A DNA stretch of 64,000 bases from Hyalangium minutum (GTDB lineage: Bacteria > Myxococcota > Myxococcia > Myxococcales > Myxococcaceae), in contig NZ_JMCB01000007.1 of the NCBI RefSeq assembly GCF_000737315.1, positions 62,001 through 126,000 of the forward strand, given 5' to 3'. The translations under genes were made by a program, and so were the position numbers. The notes under the pieces were generated by a model that had not been told where the DNA came from, made no database searches, and saw only the letters and a list, made by a program, of their open reading frames with translations. Shown here piece after piece: positions 44,284 to 55,421 of this stretch (position 1 is the first letter of the stretch; every line of letters begins with the position of its first letter).

Positions 44284-45882
44284 ATGCAAACGCATGTGTA
44301 CGCCAACGGGCGTGAGATCTGCAGCCAGGCGGCGGATGGCAAGTCCTCCGCAGCCTTCCCTGACGTGTGCTGGAGTCCACCGGCTCCCCCCGCTGGCCCC
44401 ATCCAGCTCCCGTACCCCAATACGGCTTTCGCGAAAGACCTCGCGAACGGGACCAACACAGTCTTCATCTGTGGCTCCATCGTCGCACGCAAGGACGAGA
44501 GCTACATCTCCACCAGCACGGGCAATGAGCCGGCCACGAGGCAGTTTCCCAAGGGCGTCAACACGGGGGCGCTCAAGGGGAAAGCCTATTTCACGAGCTG
44601 GTCCATGAACGTGATGGTGGAGGGCTCGAATGTCCCGCGCCATCAGGACCTGATGACGCACAACCATGCAAGCCCGGGCGGCCAGACTCCCGCACACACC
44701 TACGTCGATGACGCACTGAAGGACTTCCCGAAGGACTGCAAGAAAGAGCGGAAGGCGATCTTGCAGGAGTGTGGCCCGGAGCCCAAGGAATCCGAGCAGG
44801 CCAAGAACATCCGCAAGGCCCGCAGGAAGTTCCTGTCGAAGGTGGGAGAGCGCTTCAACAAGGTTCTTGGAGGCGCCAATGGATCCTCCAAGGGCGGTAA
44901 CACCGCTTGGATGGAGCACTGCGATGGGCTGTGGATCAAGCCTTCCGCAGACTATCACTCGCAGATGGAGAAGCTCGCGGGAGAGATTCAAGACATCAAG
45001 AATGATCTGGGCGGTATTGCTGCCACGGTGGTCAAGCCGGCGATCGAGTCGCTGGGACGGGAGTTGCTCGAGAGAGCTGCCAGGGAGGCGGCGGAGCGGG
45101 CTGTCAAGCTCGGGGCCCGCAGCGCGGCCCGCTGGGGCGTGGGTGCTGCGGGCGCCGCGGTCGCGGGCGTTGGCGTGATTGTGACGGAGACCATCGCGAC
45201 CGCGTGGAACGTCTATGACATGGCCTCGACTGCTTACGAAGGATATCAGCTCACCAGCCAGATGATGGACTCTCTGAACGAGATCAAAGACGTGATGGGG
45301 CACTTCGACAATGCCCTCCAGGGGTTGGACTCCGCGTGGCAGGACGCCAAGTCCAATCCCCAGAAGGCCATCGCGAACTTGATGCAGGTCATCGCCCGTC
45401 TCAACTCTTGCGTCCGCGCGCGGAGATGCAATCTCGTTCCCTTCAAGAACACCGATTCCGCCAAGGCTCTGGGCGGTAGCGGGTGTTGCCCGGGGCAGAC
45501 GGGCCATCACGTGCTTCCTCATTCTATGACCGAGGGCAATTGCCCCGGATACAAAGAGGATGAGGCCCCTACGCTCTGCGTCGAGGGCGTCAATTGGTCT
45601 CATGGCTCACATGGGATGATGCATCGGGCCCTGAAGGCGCGGATGGACGATTACAAGAATGGCTGGTTCGGCTCCAAGACGGAGATCAGCTATGAGAAGG
45701 CGCGTGACTTGGGGATCAAGAGCATCACGGATACTTTCCCAGAGTCGAAGTGCAGCGAGGATTGTCTGAAGGCTCAGCTCGATAAGTATTACAAGGACAA
45801 GTGCAAGTCCCCACTGCCTCCTGTCTCCGGCATGCCAGGGAGAAGTCAGAAGATCCCGTCGCCCAAGAGCCGGAGCGAGTGA
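44284..45882 (+). CDS. T6SS effector: DUF4150/PAAR-like N-terminus plus C-terminal GHH-type HNH nuclease
   Basis: VYANG...FPDVC.SPP...LPYPN...GKAYF...NV.RH.D..T.N; C-terminal CCPGQTGHHVLP...PTLCVEG...HG.MH. Confidence 0.85.
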   Translation: MQTHVYANGREICSQAADGKSSAAFPDVCWSPPAPPAGPIQLPYPNTAFAKDLANGTNTVFICGSIVARKDESYISTSTGNEPATRQFPKGVNTGALKGKAYFTSWSMNVMVEGSNVPRHQDLMTHNHASPGGQTPAHTYVDDALKDFPKDCKKERKAILQECGPEPKESEQAKNIRKARRKFLSKVGERFNKVLGGANGSSKGGNTAWMEHCDGLWIKPSADYHSQMEKLAGEIQDIKNDLGGIAATVVKPAIESLGRELLERAAREAAERAVKLGARSAARWGVGAAGAAVAGVGVIVTETIATAWNVYDMASTAYEGYQLTSQMMDSLNEIKDVMGHFDNALQGLDSAWQDAKSNPQKAIANLMQVIARLNSCVRARRCNLVPFKNTDSAKALGGSGCCPGQTGHHVLPHSMTEGNCPGYKEDEAPTLCVEGVNWSHGSHGMMHRALKARMDDYKNGWFGSKTEISYEKARDLGIKSITDTFPESKCSEDCLKAQLDKYYKDKCKSPLPPVSGMPGRSQKIPSPKSRSE

Positions 45883-45898
45883 TATCGGAAGGCCGGAT

Positions 45899-46894
45899 AT
45901 GCTGATTGACAAGAACGACTACGAAGAATGCCTCCGTGGGTTCACGGTGACGGACTGTGCTGTTCGCAGCCGGACCATGTTCTATCTCGTGGCCATGTCA
46001 GACCCGGGCTCGGAGGGGCCGCCCCCGCCGGAGACCGAGCTGGTCACCCGGGTGATCAGCTATTTCGCGCACAAGGCGCCTGAGGAGCGCTGGGGCTACT
46101 CCGCTTTTCGTGGCATCGATGGCCTGGTGGCAGGGTCTAGCCAGAAGCCGCTCTCGCAGTTCGTCGGCGTCGACGGGAGTGGCCAGGTGGTGGCCATTGG
46201 CAGCGGCTTCGAGGACCTCGAGGAGACGATCCCCTCAGGCCGGAAGGGCCCTTTGCGGGGGGGCGTCCGGAAGCTACGGACCATCGACGGCTGGCTGCAC
46301 TTATCCTCGGGGTATCGAGGGCTGGGCCGCCGCGACGAGCGCAACCAGTGGAGCTCGCTCTGCGCGGGGCTCGAGTTCACTCCGGATCCTGACGAGGACT
46401 CGGCCACCTACGGCTTTGACGACCTCGACGCCTTCGGGCCGGAGGACTGGTACTGCGTGGGGGGACGAGGAGACGTCTGGCGCTTCAGCGGCAAGAAGTG
46501 GGAGCACCTCGAGTTCCCCAGCAATATGCGGCTCCACACAGTCTGTTGCGGAGGCGATGGCTGGGTGTACGTCAGCGGCTCGAGCGGACACATCTGGAAG
46601 GGCCGCCGCGATGAGTGGCGGCTCATCCACAGCGATCACATGGTCCTGCCCTTCAAGGACATGGTCTGGTTTCAGGACCGCGTGTACTGCACCTCGGACT
46701 ATGGGCTGTGGGAGATTGCCGGGGACGAGCTGCGTGAGAGTGAGGTGCCCCCCGAGATCAAGATCTGCTCCGGGAACCTGTCCGTAGCGGATGGCGTGAT
46801 GCTGCTGGCGGGCGTGTATGGCGCCTCGTATCACGATGGCAGCGGCTGGAAGCACCTCTACAACACGGCCGCGTTCTCGCCGGTCACGCTGTAG
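45899..46894 (+). CDS. Putative cognate immunity protein (acidic, Trp/Gly-rich, beta-propeller-like)
   Basis: 16 nt downstream of the effector; no signal peptide; repeated GxVW.F.GxxW-type motifs. Confidence 0.65.
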   Translation: MLIDKNDYEECLRGFTVTDCAVRSRTMFYLVAMSDPGSEGPPPPETELVTRVISYFAHKAPEERWGYSAFRGIDGLVAGSSQKPLSQFVGVDGSGQVVAIGSGFEDLEETIPSGRKGPLRGGVRKLRTIDGWLHLSSGYRGLGRRDERNQWSSLCAGLEFTPDPDEDSATYGFDDLDAFGPEDWYCVGGRGDVWRFSGKKWEHLEFPSNMRLHTVCCGGDGWVYVSGSSGHIWKGRRDEWRLIHSDHMVLPFKDMVWFQDRVYCTSDYGLWEIAGDELRESEVPPEIKICSGNLSVADGVMLLAGVYGASYHDGSGWKHLYNTAAFSPVTL

Positions 46895-46900
46895 CTCAAG

Positions 46901-46925
46901 AGAGGGGAGCGCTTGCTCCCTTTCT
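46901..46925 (+). terminator. Hairpin after the T6SS effector cluster
   Basis: AGAGGGGAGC-gctt-GCTCCCTTTCT stem with G-U pairs. Confidence 0.5.
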
Positions 46926-47052
46926 GGGCACTCCCCGTGTCAGTCACTCTTACCTGGGAACACCCTTTCCATGCCGGTGGGTGGCGTCCGCGCCGCAGGT
47001 AGGTTATTCCCAGGAGGACGCAGGCAGTGCGGCGTCTCGGGTAGGACACGGT

Positions 47053-48483
47053 ATGGATCTCGGCAAGGCGGGCTGGCTCTCCTCTCTCCTCGAGGAGGCG
47101 GTGGTCACACATCGGAGTGTGTCCGCGCCTGCCGTGATGCCCGGCCTGTCCGAGATCAGTTCCTCGGGCCGCGCCCGCGCTCGCGACTACCTGCGCCGCA
47201 CCCTCCGCGCCTCGGGCCTGCTCTACGGCACTCCGGCCGAGAAGACGCCGCCCCTGGCAGAAGACTTCACCACAAGTGGATCCAGCGGCACCACGCGCGC
47301 ACCTGAGGAGCAGCTCTTCCTCGCGGTGGTGCGCACCCTGGCGCGCATGGCGCTGGACATCGCGCTCCTCACCGCGGCGCCCACCCCGCCCACAGAGGAT
47401 CACCTCCTGCTGCTGTTCGCCGTCTTCACCAACGAGCTGGATGTGGCCGAGTCCATCGCCGCCAAGCTCCAGGAAGGCGCCAAGGCCACCCGGCGGCACC
47501 AGTCGAAGGTGGAGAGCGCGCTGGAGAAGCGGGCCATCTCGCTGGCAGGAGACCCCGTCTACGGGCTGGTGCTCCACAACGGGGCGCTGTACGCGGACGC
47601 GCAGATGTTCGGGCGGCAGGCCATCGACTACTTCGCGCGCGAGCGGTTCCAGCGCGCGGAGGCTCAGCGCCGCATCGACTTCGCTGCTCGGCAGAAGGCC
47701 CTGCTGGTGAAGGTGCTGGCGGGGCTGTCATGCGCGGATCGCGAGCCCAGCTACGCCTCGCGCCGAGCCATCCTCCGGCAGGTGGAGGATCTGGCGCTGC
47801 CCTCGGATGTCGAGTCGGACCTGAAGGCCGCGGTGAAGAAGTCCTTCGAGCACCGGCTGCCGGTGCGCACCATGGTGGCCGAGGTGCGCAGCAAGGACAT
47901 GCAGCACTTCATCCTGGAGCAGACGCTGCTGGCCTCGCTGGTGGACGGGCAGCGCTCCCGGGGCGAGCGGGCCTTCATCCAGGAGCTGGCCCATGCGCTG
48001 AGCGTGCCTGACGCCGAGCTGCACCGGCTGGAGCTGGAGATGGCCGAGTTCTACGCCCGTCACCGCTCCGTGGTGGACGTGTTCACGGTGACGGCCGCTG
48101 CGGGGCTGATGGGAGAGGATTTTGTCAGCCGCATCCAGGAGACGCTGGAGAAGAACCTCGGCCGGTTGATGCAGGAGGCCCGCGAGACGGGCGACCTGGC
48201 GGTGCTGCTGGCCAAGGCGGCGCGAGGCCAGCGCCTGTCGGGAGACGAGCGCCGGCGGATGCGGGCGCAGCTCATTGACGTGGCCAAGGCCATCCCCGCG
48301 CTGGCCATCTTCGCCGCGCCGGGCGGGGTGCTGCTGCTCATCGCCCTGTCCAAGGTGCTGCCCTTCAGCCTGCTGCCTAGCGCCTTCCAGGACGAGCCTG
48401 CGCTGCCCCCCGAGTTCGCGGACGGCAAGCAGGAGACCAAGCTCGCCGCACTCCCCGAGAACACCGAGCGCCGGGTGGGGTAG
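47053..48483 (+). CDS. LETM1-like C-terminal motif / TerB-like protein
   Basis: C-terminal LIDVAKAIPALAIFAAPGGVLLL...LLPSAF resembles the LETM1-related bacterial motif; start uncertain. Confidence 0.65.
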   Translation: MDLGKAGWLSSLLEEAVVTHRSVSAPAVMPGLSEISSSGRARARDYLRRTLRASGLLYGTPAEKTPPLAEDFTTSGSSGTTRAPEEQLFLAVVRTLARMALDIALLTAAPTPPTEDHLLLLFAVFTNELDVAESIAAKLQEGAKATRRHQSKVESALEKRAISLAGDPVYGLVLHNGALYADAQMFGRQAIDYFARERFQRAEAQRRIDFAARQKALLVKVLAGLSCADREPSYASRRAILRQVEDLALPSDVESDLKAAVKKSFEHRLPVRTMVAEVRSKDMQHFILEQTLLASLVDGQRSRGERAFIQELAHALSVPDAELHRLELEMAEFYARHRSVVDVFTVTAAAGLMGEDFVSRIQETLEKNLGRLMQEARETGDLAVLLAKAARGQRLSGDERRRMRAQLIDVAKAIPALAIFAAPGGVLLLIALSKVLPFSLLPSAFQDEPALPPEFADGKQETKLAALPENTERRVG

Positions 48484-48524
48484 CGCGCGGACGCGATATG
48501 CTTGTCCGCTGCGTGGAGGTTCTC

Positions 48525-49052
48525 ATGAGGGACGGCCCCTTCCGCCGCCTCATCAAGAAGATTGCGCGGGTGCGCTACACCATTGATCTGGGCTTCACCC
48601 GCTGGGTGCTCCGGCGCCAGGGCGAGCCGCGCTACCGGCTGGCGGGCTCGTGCAACGGCTGCGGCAAGTGCTGCGAGTCCCCGATGATTCCGGTGAGCTG
48701 GCCCGTGTTCCGCCTGCGCTCGCTGCGCTGGCTGGCATTGACGTGGCACCGGGTCATCAACGGGTTCGAGTTCATCAGCGAGGTGCGGCGGCAGAAGGTC
48801 TTCATCTTTCGCTGCACGCACTACGATCCCGTCACGAAGCAGTGCGACTCGTATGACAGCCGGCCGGGCATGTGCCGGGACTATCCTCGCAACCTGCTGT
48901 ACGCCGCGCTCCCGGAGTTCCTGCCCGAGTGTGGCTACTCGGCCGTGTACAAGAAGGCCGAGGGCCTGCGGAAGTCTCTGGAGCGCGCCAACCTCCCGCC
49001 CGAGAAGCTCCAGGAGATGCTCAAGAAGCTCCACCTCGAAGACAAGGAGTGA
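48525..49052 (+). CDS. YkgJ family cysteine-cluster (putative Fe-S/Zn) protein
   Basis: CNGCGKCC...C...C..YDSRPGMCRDYP. Confidence 0.85.
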   Translation: MRDGPFRRLIKKIARVRYTIDLGFTRWVLRRQGEPRYRLAGSCNGCGKCCESPMIPVSWPVFRLRSLRWLALTWHRVINGFEFISEVRRQKVFIFRCTHYDPVTKQCDSYDSRPGMCRDYPRNLLYAALPEFLPECGYSAVYKKAEGLRKSLERANLPPEKLQEMLKKLHLEDKE

Positions 49053-49072
49053 GCCGTGGGGAGCCGCGCCAC

Positions 49073-50371
49073 ATGAGCGCTCCGGAGACGGAGCAGGATC
49101 CGATTGGCGCCGCGGGGAACATCAACGCGCGGCTGCTGCGGTTCATCCTCCTCGCCGTCGTCATCACCCACCTGTTGCTCATCGCCTCCGTGTGGGGGCA
49201 GTGGAAGACCATCGCCATCATCACGGGGACCTTCTTCCTCGTGGTGTGCCTCAACCTGACGCTGGCCCGGCCTGTCTTCTCGGAGCAGACGCGCCTCACC
49301 GAGACGATCCGGCTGATGGGCAACATGCTGGCCAACCTCGTCTATGGGCACGTCACCGGGTGGCAGTTGCCGATGTGGCTCTACCTGCCGCTCGATGCCA
49401 TCTGGGTCGACACGCGCCAGGAGCGCCAGGGGCTCTATGTCCTGTTCGGGCCGTTCTTGGTGGTGGGGGCGGTGGCCATCCTGGATGGATGTCCTCCGCT
49501 CGTGCCGCTCGTCTTCATCATCCTGTCGGTGATCGCCCATGCCATCTCGAGGGTACGGATGCACCTGCTGCACCAGGTGCTGTCACGGCTGGCCTACCGC
49601 CACCGGGAGCTCGCACGTGCCCACGAGGAGCTGGCCCAGGCCCACGAGCGGGCGCGTGAGCAGGATCGGCTCTCCAGCCTCGGCATGCTCGCCGCGGGCG
49701 TGGCGCACGAGATCAACAACCCGCTCGCCTACGTGAAGAGCAACGTGAACTCCCTCTACCGGGATCTCCGAGAGGAGAAGAAGCTGTCACCCGTGCTGAG
49801 CGAGTACGTCACGGAGGTGCTGCCGGCGACGATGGAGGGAATCCAGCGCATCGCCACCATCGTCTCGGACCTGCGCCGCTTCGCCCGGGGAGACCCCGAG
49901 CCTCTGGCTGCGTACGACCTGAACGACGAAATCCAAGCCGCCCTGCGCATCACCCACAGCCGCATCGAGGCGCGGTGCCGGGTGGTGCTGAAGCTGCGCC
50001 CGCTGCCCCGGATGCTGGGCAGGCCGCAGCAGATGGCCCAGGTGGTGGTGAACCTCCTCATCAACGCGGCCCAGGCCACGTCCGACGAGGGGCAGATCTC
50101 CCTCTCCACCCGTCAGGAGGGAGAGCAGGTGGTGCTGGTGGTGCAGGACACCGGGCAAGGCATGACGCCCGAGGTGAAGGAGAAGCTCTTTCAGCCCTTC
50201 TTCTCCACCAAGCCTATTGGCGAGGGGACGGGCATGGGGCTGGCAGTGGTGCACGGCATCGTCTCCGCTCACGGCGGGCGGATCGAGGTGGAGAGCCAGC
50301 CCGGCAAGGGGAGCACCTTTACGATCCGTCTGCCGCTGGCCGCGCCTGCGCCGCGCGCGCCCGGGGTGTAG
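49073..50371 (+). CDS. Membrane sensor histidine kinase (orphan)
   Basis: Several N-terminal TM helices; AGVAHEINNPL; NLLINAAQA, DTGQG, FQPFFSTK, GTGMGL. Confidence 0.92.
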   Translation: MSAPETEQDPIGAAGNINARLLRFILLAVVITHLLLIASVWGQWKTIAIITGTFFLVVCLNLTLARPVFSEQTRLTETIRLMGNMLANLVYGHVTGWQLPMWLYLPLDAIWVDTRQERQGLYVLFGPFLVVGAVAILDGCPPLVPLVFIILSVIAHAISRVRMHLLHQVLSRLAYRHRELARAHEELAQAHERAREQDRLSSLGMLAAGVAHEINNPLAYVKSNVNSLYRDLREEKKLSPVLSEYVTEVLPATMEGIQRIATIVSDLRRFARGDPEPLAAYDLNDEIQAALRITHSRIEARCRVVLKLRPLPRMLGRPQQMAQVVVNLLINAAQATSDEGQISLSTRQEGEQVVLVVQDTGQGMTPEVKEKLFQPFFSTKPIGEGTGMGLAVVHGIVSAHGGRIEVESQPGKGSTFTIRLPLAAPAPRAPGV

Positions 50372-51101
50372 CCGCCGGGGCACTCGCAGACCGCATGCGG
50401 TAGGCCCCCGACTTCGGATCCACGGACACCCGTGGAGGACGCTGTGTCTCCTCGAAGAGCCGCCAACCCGGCTCCAGTCCTCGCCAGAAGGCCATGAGCG
50501 CCTCGGTGGACTGCGGCAGCTTCTGCAGCTCGGCCAGCCCTGCGGCGTCGAGGCGGCGCGGGAAGATGTGGATGGGCACGTTGCGGCCCATCTTCGCGCG
50601 CGAGTCCATCGTCAGGAGGTACAGCTCTTCGATGGGGTCATCCTCGATGGCGATGCAGCCAATGCTCACGCAGTTGCCGTGCACCATGATGGCGCCGCCG
50701 AGCGGCCGCTTACCGAGGATCCGATCCGACTCGTTCGGATAGCTCACCCGGATGGACAGGTGGTACGCGCTGTTCGGGTTGAAGAGATCGATGGTGTAGA
50801 AGCCCTCGGGGACCTGCAGGTCGCCCTCTTGGCGCTTGGGCCCCAGCTCGCCTGACGCCGCGCAGAAAGGGTACGTCTTCACCTTCTTCAGCGGCTGTCC
50901 CTGGGCACCCGCCCAGACCTCCAGCTCCCGCTCGTGCTTGAAGGCACGCAGGTAGAGCTCCTCCGGGGGGTAGGCCACCCCCGCGGCGGCGAAGAGCTGA
51001 GTGAGAACAGTGGCTTTGCTTTGACGCGCGGCGGCAACGCGATCCTCCGCGTGCGCGGTGACGGCACAAGCCAGCAGGAGACAGACCAGAGGGATCTTCA
51101 C
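50319..51101 (-). CDS. L,D-transpeptidase (YkuD; YafK/DpaA-like) secreted protein
   Basis: Signal peptide; KRQEGDLQVPEGFY, IMVHGNCVSIGCIA catalytic motif. Confidence 0.85.
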   Translation of the reverse strand: MKIPLVCLLLACAVTAHAEDRVAAARQSKATVLTQLFAAAGVAYPPEELYLRAFKHERELEVWAGAQGQPLKKVKTYPFCAASGELGPKRQEGDLQVPEGFYTIDLFNPNSAYHLSIRVSYPNESDRILGKRPLGGAIMVHGNCVSIGCIAIEDDPIEELYLLTMDSRAKMGRNVPIHIFPRRLDAAGLAELQKLPQSTEALMAFWRGLEPGWRLFEETQRPPRVSVDPKSGAYRMRSASAPAATPRARAAQARPAADGS

Positions 51102-51252
51102 AGCGTCATTGGACCCCGCTGGAGTGCGCTGCGTTCCTCCACTTGTTAACAGAGTCTGACGGGTTTGCAGTCCGCTCGTCCGGCGACCTACCCTCCGGGT
51201 CCCGCAGGCGCTTCCGGTTTTCACCCCCGCAGCACGAAAGGCAGGTCCATCG

Positions 51253-52782
<1,530 letters not shown>

Positions 52783-52805
52783 GCCGCAGTCAGGAGGGAG
52801 GCACC

Positions 52806-53195
52806 ATGAGCGTGGCGCGAGTGTCCGTGACGCCTGAAGCCGAGGCCTTGCTGCTCAAGCTGCAGGGGATTCACGGCCCGTTGATGTTCCACCAGTCGGG
52901 GGGCTGCTGCGATGGCAGCGCGCCGATGTGCTTCCCGAGGGGTGAGTTCAAGGTCGGCCAGCAGGACGTGTTCCTGGGGACGATCGTGGACACGCCCTTC
53001 TACATCTCCGGTCCGCAGTTCGAGTACTGGCAGCACACCCACCTGACGGTGGACGTGGTGAAGGGGCGGGGGAGCGGCTTCTCGGTGGAAGCACCCGAGG
53101 GCGTTCGCTTCCTCATCCGCTCGCGCGTCTTCGAGGACGCCGAGTACCAGACGCTCCAGCAGGCGGGACCGCCGCCTCGCGGACCTCAGCACTGA
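52806..53195 (+). CDS. DUF779 domain protein
   Basis: HGPLMFHQSGGCCDGSAPMCFP, QFEYWQHTHL.VDVV.GRG.GFS.E; usual partner of AldB-type genes. Confidence 0.9.
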   Translation: MSVARVSVTPEAEALLLKLQGIHGPLMFHQSGGCCDGSAPMCFPRGEFKVGQQDVFLGTIVDTPFYISGPQFEYWQHTHLTVDVVKGRGSGFSVEAPEGVRFLIRSRVFEDAEYQTLQQAGPPPRGPQH

Positions 53196-53204
53196 GTGAG
53201 CCTC

Positions 53205-53245
53205 GACGGGGGCTCGGGATTCGCTCCCGAGCCCCTTCGTCTTTT
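53205..53245. terminator. Terminator hairpin between convergent genes
   Basis: GGGGCTCGGGA-ttcgc-TCCCGAGCCCC followed by TTCGTCTTTT. Confidence 0.75.
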
Positions 53246-53251
53246 CCGAGG

Positions 53252-53602
53252 CTAGTGGTTGTTCTCCAGCGGGCCCACGCCGTCCTTGAGCGGGTTGTTC
53301 TTCCCGCGCTGATCGTGCTGCTCGAACGGGCCCTCGCCGTCGTTGATGACGCCCTCGTGCTCGCCGATCTTTCCGTCGCCGATCTTCTTGTCGGTGCCGG
53401 AGCCGCCGTAGCCGTCGCGGAGGCCGTCCGCGGTCTCCTTGGCGGCGTTCTCCACGTCCTTGGCGGCCTCACCCACCTGCTGGCCGGCTTGGCGCAGCTC
53501 CTCGTTCACCTCGGCCTTGGTGGTATCGGAGCAGCCCGTGGCGAGCCCCGTCAGCCCCAGAAGACCCGCTACCACGAAGCCCTTCCATCCCTGCCGTGCC
53601 AT
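53252..53602 (-). CDS. Small hypothetical lipoprotein
   Basis: Lipobox ATGC; helical then Gly/Asp-rich tail. Confidence 0.75.
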   Translation of the reverse strand: MARQGWKGFVVAGLLGLTGLATGCSDTTKAEVNEELRQAGQQVGEAAKDVENAAKETADGLRDGYGGSGTDKKIGDGKIGEHEGVINDGEGPFEQHDQRGKNNPLKDGVGPLENNH

Positions 53603-53727
53603 GGTTCCTCCCAGGTCTCTCGAATCGTTCTGGGGGGAAACCTAGGCATTCATTCCCGGACGGGAGGCGGGGGCAGGCAGGGGAGCGAGCCGCTGCTCTC
53701 CTGCCCAGGCCTTCGTCTGATGCCGCC

Positions 53728-55320
53728 CTAGGCTCTCTCGAGGCGGAAGGCGAGCCGGCGCAGGTCCTCGTTCACCTTGATGAAGGTGGAGTTGCCCTTC
53801 TCGTCGGCGAGCTGGCTCTGGATCTTCGGCAGCGCCTCGCGCGCCTTCACTGCAGCCTCCTTCGAGTCACTCACCAGCCAGTCCAGCGACTGGATGAGGG
53901 CGAAGCGCGCGTCCAAGTCCTTCTCGGAGAGCCGCTCGGCCAGCGCCGCGGCGTGCTGCGGGTTGCGCGAGCGCCCCAGCTTCAGCGCCGCCCGCTCCAC
54001 CACGCTCGCCTCCTTGTCCGCCAGCTTCCGCGACCAGCAGCCATCGTCCACGCCGCACGTCTTCACTGCCTCCGGCACCTTGGCGTAGCGGAGAATGACT
54101 TCGGCCCGCTTCATGCCCAGCGCGTCCGGGTTCTCGCAGCCGTCTCCGCCAGAGTCCTGGCACTCCTTCGCCGTGACGGCGGGCTCGGCCTGGGCCCACT
54201 TGGTGAAGAGGGGCTGCTCCTGCGCCTCGCTCAAGAGCGCCACGCCGCGCATCGCCACCTCGCGGGCGTACCAGTCACCCTTCTCCGCGGCCTTCTGCAG
54301 CGCGGGAACCGCGTCATGGCTGCCCAGCAACACCAGCGCGCGCACGTACGAGGAGCGCACCGTCGGGTCTTCCTCGGTGAGCAGGGCCGAGATCGGCCGC
54401 ACCGCCGCCTGCGAGCGCATCCGCCCCAGCGCCTCGGCCGCCTGCATCCTCACCAGCGCCTGGATGCGCGGATCCGCGTTCGTGAAGCCCAGCTGCTTGA
54501 TGAGCACCGCCTCGCCGCGCGGATCCCTCAAGTCTCCGAGAATCTGGGCGCCCTTCATCGCGTAGCTGGCCGGGTTCACGCCGTTGTCCTGTGCCCACTT
54601 CGCCAGTGCCGCGTCCCGGTTCTCCATGGCGGCGATGACTGCCTCGGCCGCAGGCGCGCCCACCTGGTAGAGCGCGTAGGAGCTCTCTACATAGAAGGAG
54701 ATGCCCTGGCGTTCCTTCGTCAGCATCTGCATCAGCAGGGGCACCGCCCGCGCATCCCCAATCCGGCCCAGCGCCTCAATGGCCTTTTTGTGGAGGAACG
54801 GCTCGGTGGCCTCATTCGAGGCGAGCTTCAGCAGCGGCTCCACGGCTTCCGGGGCGCGGAGCAGGCCCAGCGCCTGGATGGCCTCGATGCGGGTGTAGCT
54901 GTCCTTGGCCTTCAGCATCCCCGTCAGCGCGGGCGCGGCCTTCGGGTCCCCCAGCTTGCCCAGGGCCGCCACCAGCTCCTTGTTGGCCAGGGCGGTGTCG
55001 GTGTCCGTGGCCTCCGGGTCCAGTGCGGCCTGCAGCGGCTGCAGCGAGGAGGGGCTCTTCAGGTCACCCACGGCTCGGGCCAGCGCGGCCTTCACCTCGG
55101 GCCGCTTCTGCGTGGTGAGCTGCTGGTGCAGCATGGGCAGGAAGCTCTCTTTCAGGTTGCCGGAGGTGCGCAGCGCCTCCACCACCTGGATCTTGGCGTC
55201 GCCCCTCTTCGCGTCGCTGAGCTTCTTTTCCCAGTACTCCGGGGTGTTCGGGTCGCTCTTGCACCCCGAAAGCAGGGCAAGGGCGAGCGCTAGGCTCAGC
55301 GTGGCGCGGAAGCGGAGCAT
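53728..55320 (-). CDS. HEAT-repeat lipoprotein
   Basis: Lipobox LSGC; repeats such as ALGKLGDPKAAPAL, ALGRIGDARAVPLL, ALGRMRSQAAVRPI. Confidence 0.85.
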   Translation of the reverse strand: MLRFRATLSLALALALLSGCKSDPNTPEYWEKKLSDAKRGDAKIQVVEALRTSGNLKESFLPMLHQQLTTQKRPEVKAALARAVGDLKSPSSLQPLQAALDPEATDTDTALANKELVAALGKLGDPKAAPALTGMLKAKDSYTRIEAIQALGLLRAPEAVEPLLKLASNEATEPFLHKKAIEALGRIGDARAVPLLMQMLTKERQGISFYVESSYALYQVGAPAAEAVIAAMENRDAALAKWAQDNGVNPASYAMKGAQILGDLRDPRGEAVLIKQLGFTNADPRIQALVRMQAAEALGRMRSQAAVRPISALLTEEDPTVRSSYVRALVLLGSHDAVPALQKAAEKGDWYAREVAMRGVALLSEAQEQPLFTKWAQAEPAVTAKECQDSGGDGCENPDALGMKRAEVILRYAKVPEAVKTCGVDDGCWSRKLADKEASVVERAALKLGRSRNPQHAAALAERLSEKDLDARFALIQSLDWLVSDSKEAAVKAREALPKIQSQLADEKGNSTFIKVNEDLRRLAFRLERA

Positions 55321-55421
55321 GAAACCTCCAGGGGTGGGCTGCGGGTAGGAGGCGAGTCGTACCGCCCCTCGAAAGAAGGGGTCAAACCCCTCCGGTCTGA
55401 TGCGGTAGTCTGGTCAACGAC

